From assembly GCA_012295275.1 (NCBI GenBank), contig CM022671.1, positions 32,116,001-32,180,000 of the forward strand: a stretch of 64,000 nucleotides of DNA, given 5' to 3'. How positions within the stretch are numbered: the stretch's first letter is position 1; every line of letters starts with the position of its first letter. This stretch comes from Chrysomallon squamiferum (taxonomy: Eukaryota > Animalia > Mollusca). This document shows, in pieces, positions 56,633 through 64,000 of this stretch. The notes beneath the pieces were generated by a model. The model saw only the letters and a list, made by a program, of their open reading frames with translations, made no database searches and was not told where the DNA came from. The position numbers and the translations under genes were made by a program.

Positions 56633-58204
56633 GTCTGTTATATATTTTATTCTCTGACAAACTGAGTTTTCGGATTTTTTTTTTTTAAATTGGGTAAAAT
56701 AAGAAACAGTGTTTTATTCTTCAAATAGATGATTTATACCATCTTTTTTTTTTAAATTTATTTATTTGTTATTATTATTTTTTTAAATTTTAAACTGATT
56801 TTCTGTCTTGTGTATTAAATAAATATCTTTATGGAGTATGAAAGCATGTGCATAGCAGGACCAGCTATGATGGCTCAGTTGGCTAAGATTATTTCAACAT
56901 GTGAGAAATACAAATTGCATAATTCAGTTTATAAACATGTAGAATTATAATAGCTTATGATGTACAAATACATATTTATTTGTTTTGTTTTTTGCGCTTT
57001 TTTCTATTGAAAATAGGTATTGTTAATTTTATTGATATTTTTTGGTTCTTGTTGCATTCATAACAGCTAAACGAGCATTAAAAAATTTTGCATTTCAGTG
57101 TTTTTAACTCATATTGCCTTTATTTGAATGTATGTATTGCAAACAGATACTACAATTTTCCCTAAATAAATTGAAACTATAAAAAGACCACTCTGCATTA
57201 AAATATGAAACAAATAATTCTTAAAATATTTTACTGTTTTATAGATGACATCTTTAAATATTCTGTCTTTGACCTGGCCTTTTTTCTTTCTTTTTCTTAA
57301 AGAAAGAAGGTTATGGGTGGGAGGGGAAAAAAAAAAAAAAAAATTATTACTTTTTTTATTTAATGAATATAGTAGTTACACATTTTTTTATTTTATACAC
57401 TATACCTAAATATTTATAAGTATTTTGGAACTATGATATACTTTTTTACCAGTAAAGAAATAACTTTCTGTATAATCATTTCTTTAGATAATATGGCTGT
57501 TCTCAATTTTACACATTGGTTATTAAGTTCAGTTAGTGTTATTGTGACTAATTTTCTTTCCATAATCACTGACATTTACATCATAAATTTATCACTTGGC
57601 ACATGCAAGAAAGCAATAACTAGTTTTCAGGGGACACAACTCTTTGAGACTTTACTCTTCAGTTTATCAGCCATGTGATTTGGAGCTAATTTCAGAGCCT
57701 GTAGTGTTGTTAGGAGGGCAGAATTCTCCATGTACTTAAGCTCTATGTGTAGTGCTTTTAAAATCTAAGATTTGGAATTTAAAATCAGATGTGAACACAA
57801 ATTTATAAATAAAACATGATGTAATTTATGTGATTCCTTTAGTTATTCTAAGCAATAAATAATCCCTGAAATATAAATTACTATATATCAGGGGGAGGTG
57901 TTTTTTGTTTGCATTTTTAAGTAAATGAATAAAATTTAAATTATGTTTTAAATATTGTTTTAAAATACATTAAATAAGACTTCAAATAAATAATATTGAC
58001 TATTACATTGCATGCATTAAACATTTAAAGGGACCATCGTTTATAAGTATAATACTGTATAATAGCATCAAAGACAACTTTGATAATACTAGATTATCTG
58101 GTACTATTTAAATAATAATAATAATAATAATAATAAATTAAAGTTGATTCACACCAAAATTATTTATTTTTTTACTGATATATTTTGTTTCCTTTTGCTT
58201 GCAG

Positions 58205-58315
58205 AATGTTGTCAAAACCCACAATCACTTTAAGCAGTTCAAAGAAAAAGAAGTTCAGAACAACATTCTACCAAAAGACAAATCTAAACATGTGAAGAAG
58301 AAATCCAACAGAAAG
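58205..58315 (+). CDS. Internal coding exon (37 codons, phase 0/0): NVVKTHNHFKQFKEKEVQNNILPKDKSKHVKKKSNRK; host gene not identified
   Basis: Acceptor ttttgtttccttttgcttgcag| with an upstream tactgat branch-like motif; donor AAG|GTAAGA. Length is 111 nt. Only frame 0 is open (other frames hit TGA/TAA). Purine-rich, with GAAGAA-type ESE-like motifs. Confidence 0.75.
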
Positions 58316-58852
58316 GTAAGATTCATTATTTATCATTTTTAACAATTTAATTTAATTTGTTTTTATGAGGGATTCAGCTCCTATATAACCCCTCACGGCT
58401 TTGAGTCCTCTGCCCATAAATCTCATCCCATACACAGACTTCACTTTTAACATTTAATAGATATATAGTCTTTTAATGTACTGACTGAAATTTAAAAACA
58501 GCTACACCTGTTGTTGTTTTTTTATTCTGCTCTTTAATTTCTTCCAGTATTTAATTAAATAATTATACCTTAAAAATATAATTTTTCTGATTTTTATTTC
58601 CTTGTTTTCGTTTTTCTGTGTTTATTGGGTGAACAGGTGCTCAATGATATTAGTTGTATATAATTATTATTATCATTTTTTTTTAATTTGAATTACTTTG
58701 TATTGCTTTTATTTAGAAACATAAGAGTAGTGTGATACTGTAATTGGCCTTTCTCATCTGATATACATAATTAGTTTTTTTTTTTTTTTTTTTTTAATTA
58801 TTTTATTATCTTGTAAATTTTTATTGAAATTTTTATAACAGTTAACAATATA

Positions 58853-58884
<32 letters not shown>

Positions 58885-59399
58885 AAAAAGAATAAAAACA
58901 AAACAAACATACATACAGTCAAATATCTTTTTGGTTTATAGTTCTGTAGAGAAGTAAGCGATATGGTGAGGGGTTTATATCCTGTATCTTATCGTTTTTA
59001 AATTTAAAATAAAAATAAAAGAAATTGCAAACTAATTACAAAATTACTAATTACAGATAATTTCTGAAGATATATTTCTTTAATTATTTTGTAATATCTG
59101 TACCATAACTGAAGTAAATATAAAGAATTAAACAGGTCATTTTTATTTTGTTTTGGTTTTTTTTAAAATACATTTTGCTGTAAAATTAGTCACGCAAACT
59201 CAATTTCCCTTTCAGAGCAAAAATTTAAAAAGACATCTCTCCTAAATAATTTTTTCCCTTTTAAAGTTAGAAATCAAAAATTATTATGGATGTCCTATAT
59301 ATTTACATTTATTTTTTATTTTTTATTTTTTTTTTTTAACAAAAAAAAAATAGTTTAAAGCCAGTAGCCTATTTCAGAAGAATTATTCTTCACCTCCCC

Positions 59400-59935
59400 C
59401 CACCTCTCCAATAATTATAGTTGTCAGCAAGGAGACAAATTGCATGGAGCGGCTAATGGACTAATAACACATCTCATCCATTTGTGACACATTACTTTTT
59501 CTGCTCTGACGATGATGATCCCTCGACAGGCGCTCTGATTATGCTGTTGTCACCAAGTTGCTTCCGTTTCCACATGATTTACAAGGCAGCCAGCGGAGGG
59601 CATCCATCATTTAGTCCGCTGGTTTCCCACGCAACAAACCGTCCCCGTGTACGATGTTCATGAATATAAACCCGGTAATGCAGCAAATAGGAAATTAATC
59701 ACATTTTCTTGCAAACGATCGTTTAGCGAAAATGACGCTTCGCGAGTTTATCGAACAGAGAATGTATCAATAACACTGGCTGCCATTTGTGCAAATTGAA
59801 CTCGGGAGAATCGCCAATTGTTTGAAATAAGTCTCATGGAAGTTCGAATTCCCTTCAGGGAAAACTCAATTCCCTGTTGGTCTGGCTTTATATGTAATAT
59901 AATAAGGGAAGTGTGAAATAGCAGCTTAACGTGGA
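59400..59935. promoter_or_regulatory. CpG-retaining island, candidate enhancer or internal promoter
   Basis: Over 20 CpGs in ~500 bp in an otherwise CpG-starved window; contains the palindrome AAACGATCGTTT (59713-59724) and TCGCGA (59740-59745); no credible ORF. Confidence 0.45.
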
Positions 59936-59944
59936 TGTATGTAT

Positions 59945-59949
<5 letters not shown>

Positions 59950-60010
<61 letters not shown>
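59950..60010. repeat. Palindromic (GT)13-ATAT-(AC)n microsatellite
   Basis: Perfect palindrome at 59950-60007. Confidence 0.93.
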
Positions 60011-60019
<9 letters not shown>

Positions 60020-61780
60020 AATATACATACTTTTTTTTTTATCAGCACAAATTCTAACATGATATACATAATATACATAATTCAGAGAGCATGCATGTTT
60101 TTAAATATCAATTTCACGAATGCCTGCATAAAAATATATTCACATACATATATGTACATACATAGTTGTTCATACTCATGTTTATTATTATATACCAACA
60201 CAGTTACTTTTTCAAAAGAAGCATTTATTAAATTGTGGTATCATTAATATTATTATTATTATTATTATTTTATTTTTGAGTTAATGAAAGAATTGTCGAA
60301 ATAGGGTCAATATCAGTCAATATTAATTGCAAGCACAGCTGGGGATTACAGACATCCCAAATGACAGGCAGATCAATAGTCATTGTTGGTGGTTATCTCC
60401 TCATGATTTCAAGTGGTTTAAAATCCCATCTGTAGGTGGCGTTGCCAAGAAAGGTGGATTCTGGAGTGTAATAATTACATCCTGAACTTGTTTGCCGGGA
60501 ATATTTCTGTTCATCTGTTTGACAGACCTGACAGCAAATTGCTGGCTTCTGCTTGACTTGAAGTTTGAAATGTTGATTGCGGGGCATGGTTGATCTAAAA
60601 GATTAATGTCTTCGTTCTCCTATGGACATGGCTGTCCATTATACACATGTAATGAATCCAGTCCACAGGGAGAAGATTCATTTGCATTCTCAGACGAATA
60701 CAAATTTGATTTTGTTAGAGCTTTTACAAAAATAGTCTACCATGCAGCAGTCTGGTATATTTTAGGTGTAAAAACAAATGTCTCTCTCAACAATGATAAA
60801 TACATATAAACAAATGAAATAAATGATTTAATATGTATATGCAATATATAGCAAATATTATACAACAATTACGGTTTCACTAGCTGACTGTAGACCTGAA
60901 CAAGAAGTAAAAATACCCACAAATGTAACCATAAAAAGTTAGAATGTCTGAAGGGTTCACAGTTCTAATGATACTGTGCATATCAGGTTTCATGTTAGGA
61001 TATTTCCAGCTGACTTTTCTTAAGGAAACTATCAAATTCATTAACTAAAATATTAGTTTTTCATTTATTTACTTCTTTTTTTTTTAAGTTGTCTTTAAGT
61101 TATCTTTAAATAATAACTGTCAGTTTACACATAGATTGTACATGAACCAGCATATGCATGCAAACCACACAATCCAGCTCATGCTTGCACACCAAAACAT
61201 GAAAAAATAAATGCACAGCCATATTCATACATGCATTTTTTTTAGAAGAATATTTTATGTCTCTTTTAAAGGTATGATTCACATTTGTATAAAATTAGCA
61301 TGAATTTTGTTAAGAATATTGTTGTAGAGAGCCTCTATTCTCACTACATCATATAGTGTATGTTATTCAGTGAGTGAAAGTAAAACTAGCATTGATATTA
61401 AAAACATGTATATGAACATTTTAAAATCCATTTGATAAGAGTCCTATTGAATAAATAACTAGATAAGATGTGTAACATGTTTTTTTATTAAGATTATTTA
61501 TATGTTATATGTTTGTTGTGATGAAAATATTTATAAGGTTAATTTTTCTTTAAGTTGTTTACTTGTTTTTAACTGTTAAAATTTAAAAAAAAAATTGTTT
61601 TGATGTTTTAGTTGTATATCAAATGTGTCTCAGGATTTTGTTTTCTGTATTAATTTAGTTGTATCGCATAATGCTTATCTTTAAATATTATACTTGTCTT
61701 TTCTTAGGTATTTTTATCATAGCAAAATAACAATGTAAAAATATAATTTATAGAATTTATTAAACTTCTACAAGTAGCCT

Positions 61781-61928
61781 GATGTGGCATCAACACCTAA
61801 CTCTAGCCTGTAAAAACTTATTTTAAAAATATTAATTTTGATGTGGCATCCACACCTAACTTTAGCCTGTAAAAACATATTTTCAAAGTATTAATTTTGA
61901 TGTGGCATCAACACCTATCTATAGCCTG
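61781..61928. repeat. 59-bp tandem repeat, ~2.5 copies
   Basis: gatgtggcatc(a/c)acaccta...tagcctg starts at 61781, 61840 and 61899. Confidence 0.92.
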
Positions 61929-62779
61929 CCAGCTTTTCTTTCCAGAAAGACACCCTTGCAGCATGCACCAAGTTCTGTCCCGAGGGTCCAGTTATAAACC
62001 TGACATCACAGCTATTTGAAAAACTACACCAGTCTCCCCAAGTAAGCCACATTATGTTTGATCTTTGTTTCATGTGCAAATACCTACATCCTATTTAATC
62101 ACTCACTGACTGCCGCATTAATCCCCAGCCTCTGGGCAAACCCAGGCAGGTTACACATGCTTAGATACACACACTGATATTGCCTTCAGTTTAAAAAAAA
62201 AATGAAATGAACTCCTCACCATGAATTTTGACAGCATCATGATTGATAAAGCGCTGTAGCTGCTGCTGTTTTTATCTGGCTGTGGTAATTTGTTCACAGT
62301 AGGGAGACATGGTTTTAAATGAAGTTTACACTGTGGATTCATACTCCCTGCAGAGTTGGCTTGGGGGAAAAAATAAAAAATAAAAAAAATAAAAATAAAA
62401 AGCTGGAATGTTGTGTTTTAAGAAATGGACTGTTTTAAGAAGAAGAAAAATATTATTATTATAGTAATAAAAAAATATATATATATATAATTCCAAAAAA
62501 GAAAAAAAAAGAAAAAAAAAAGGTAAAGTAAATATTTAGGAGAAGATTTTAGATATTTTGGATGTATTTATTTATTTAAATTTAATAATCTAAATTTTAA
62601 ATTGTAGATAAATTGCTGGCAAAATAAATATCTGAATAGTTTCATTCAGATGTTTGATATTTAGAGTAAATTAATAGATTATCATTTACCATTTAAAAAT
62701 ATGGTTAAATACAATCACTGTTTATTTCATATGAATTCATTTTAAATATAGTTTTGCATTTTTTGGTTTTGGGTTTGTT

Positions 62780-62818
<39 letters not shown>

Positions 62819-63314
62819 TTTATCTCTTTGTTTTGGAAAACCATTCTACATGATATTTTTGAATGATTCAAATTTATAACTTTTTTTATTAATTTATTTT
62901 GAATAGATAATAAATTTTACTAATTTTACAAATCCCAACAGTTTATTTAAAAGAGCAAACATCTATTGATAATTTCTTATTAGTTGAAATGTAAATAAAT
63001 AAAGCAAAACTGAAAAATTATGTTTAAAATTATTGACATGTGACTGAAAAAATATAAAAGTTTTTATCAGCTTTAGATTTAAAAGAAAGAAAACAAAACA
63101 AAAAAAATTAAAAGACAAAACTCGCTGTTCAAAGGAAGAAATCACTTGATAATCACTCTTTTGTATGTTTGCAAATCATAATTAATTGGACATGAGAAAA
63201 AAAAATCTGTATGCTGTAATTGACAGTATTGATTATGGATATTGTTAGAACCAGCTGAAAGCACTGCAAACATGTCTCTCTTATCATTTTTTTTTTTTTT
63301 TTTTGAGCTTAATG

Positions 63315-63720
63315 TCACAATCGAAACGCAATTGCGATGTAATTTCATAGATAATGAGGACAACTTAATGCTGAAAAATACTAAAAAGGCATGGCTGCCC
63401 TATTTGAGAGGCACCCACGAACATTATCTCCAAAGAAATACCGGAAATGAGAGGATGAAAAGCACCTCTTGTTTATGAAATAAAAGAATTTTATTGACCG
63501 TGGCAAATAATGAGTATGTGCACAGACACACGTTGAACGATGTTGCCATTTCTAAAAGCTTCCTCCGCTAACGGTTCCAATAAATGGCTCGAGCAATAAC
63601 GCACTCATCTCTTTGTATGTGCCAAAGATCAGGCCAAACAATGACAACTTTCTGCTCCATTAGTCCAAATTAACCTGGCTCACAGTTATTGTCTGCCTGA
63701 ATTAAAAATGATACCTGTAC
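63315..63720. promoter_or_regulatory. CpG-enriched complex island, candidate regulatory element
   Basis: About a dozen CpGs, including the palindrome CGCAATTGCG (63327-63336); no exon-like splice boundaries. Confidence 0.3.
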
Positions 63721-64000
63721 GAGATTAGTAAAAAACTGTTATAGATCAGTGGAAAGTCACTCTTTGTATATCTGTTGTGCAGCAGGCAGCCAGCTATAGG
63801 GGAATTAGTCGAGGCTTTTATTGTGAAGAGCTTGAAAGGATTCGGTGTGGATTTGATTGTGAGTTTGTCAAGAGCTGTACATTAAAACTGATGGTCTGTT
63901 AGCAGCAGTGATTTCCAAGAACAAGGAAAACAATTCTGAGTTGCTTCTTAACTATAAGGAATAGTTGATGTTTTAATTGGGTACAGTTAATAAGTATACT

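Noticed and set aside
58025-58110. ttaaagggacc, possible Kolobok-type MITE terminus
   Set aside because: No matching inverted terminus found nearby; too short to support.
24070-61710. Other Yn-AG|GT sites (24094 GTTGTG, 48509 GTCATT, 50719 GTTGCT, 61707 GTATTT, 61271 AAG|GTATGA)
   Set aside because: Regenerated donors or acceptors are weak; expected by chance in T-rich sequence.
672-63478. All ORFs in the supplied six-frame track
   Set aside because: Short, F/L/I/K/Y-biased, mostly overlapping microsatellites or homopolymers; no recognisable domains or coherent splice boundaries.

Overview
Very AT-rich, CpG-poor animal genomic DNA, not prokaryotic. Decayed tRNA-headed SINEs resemble, from recollection only, a family abundant in gastropod assemblies. 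None of the supplied ORFs looks like a real gene; they fall mostly in microsatellites and low-complexity tracts. The window reads as the interior of one very large + strand gene. It has one convincing internal coding exon (58205-58315, 111 nt, phase 0/0, unidentified protein). About 50 kb upstream lies a textbook recursive-splicing 'ratchet point': branch point, 25-nt pyrimidine tract and CAG|GTAAGT at 8304/8305, followed by a 69-nt in-frame cryptic/RS-exon ending AAG|GTTTGT. This is the most interesting signal. Also present: a ~300-bp decayed TIR element resembling the mammalian Tigger4/Zombi (pogo) MITE, about 8 SINE relics, several ancient eroded tandem arrays, a diverged local duplication, and many microsatellites. 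Complex enhancer-like islands, some retaining CpG, alternate with poly-A/T spacers on a ~1-1.5 kb scale.
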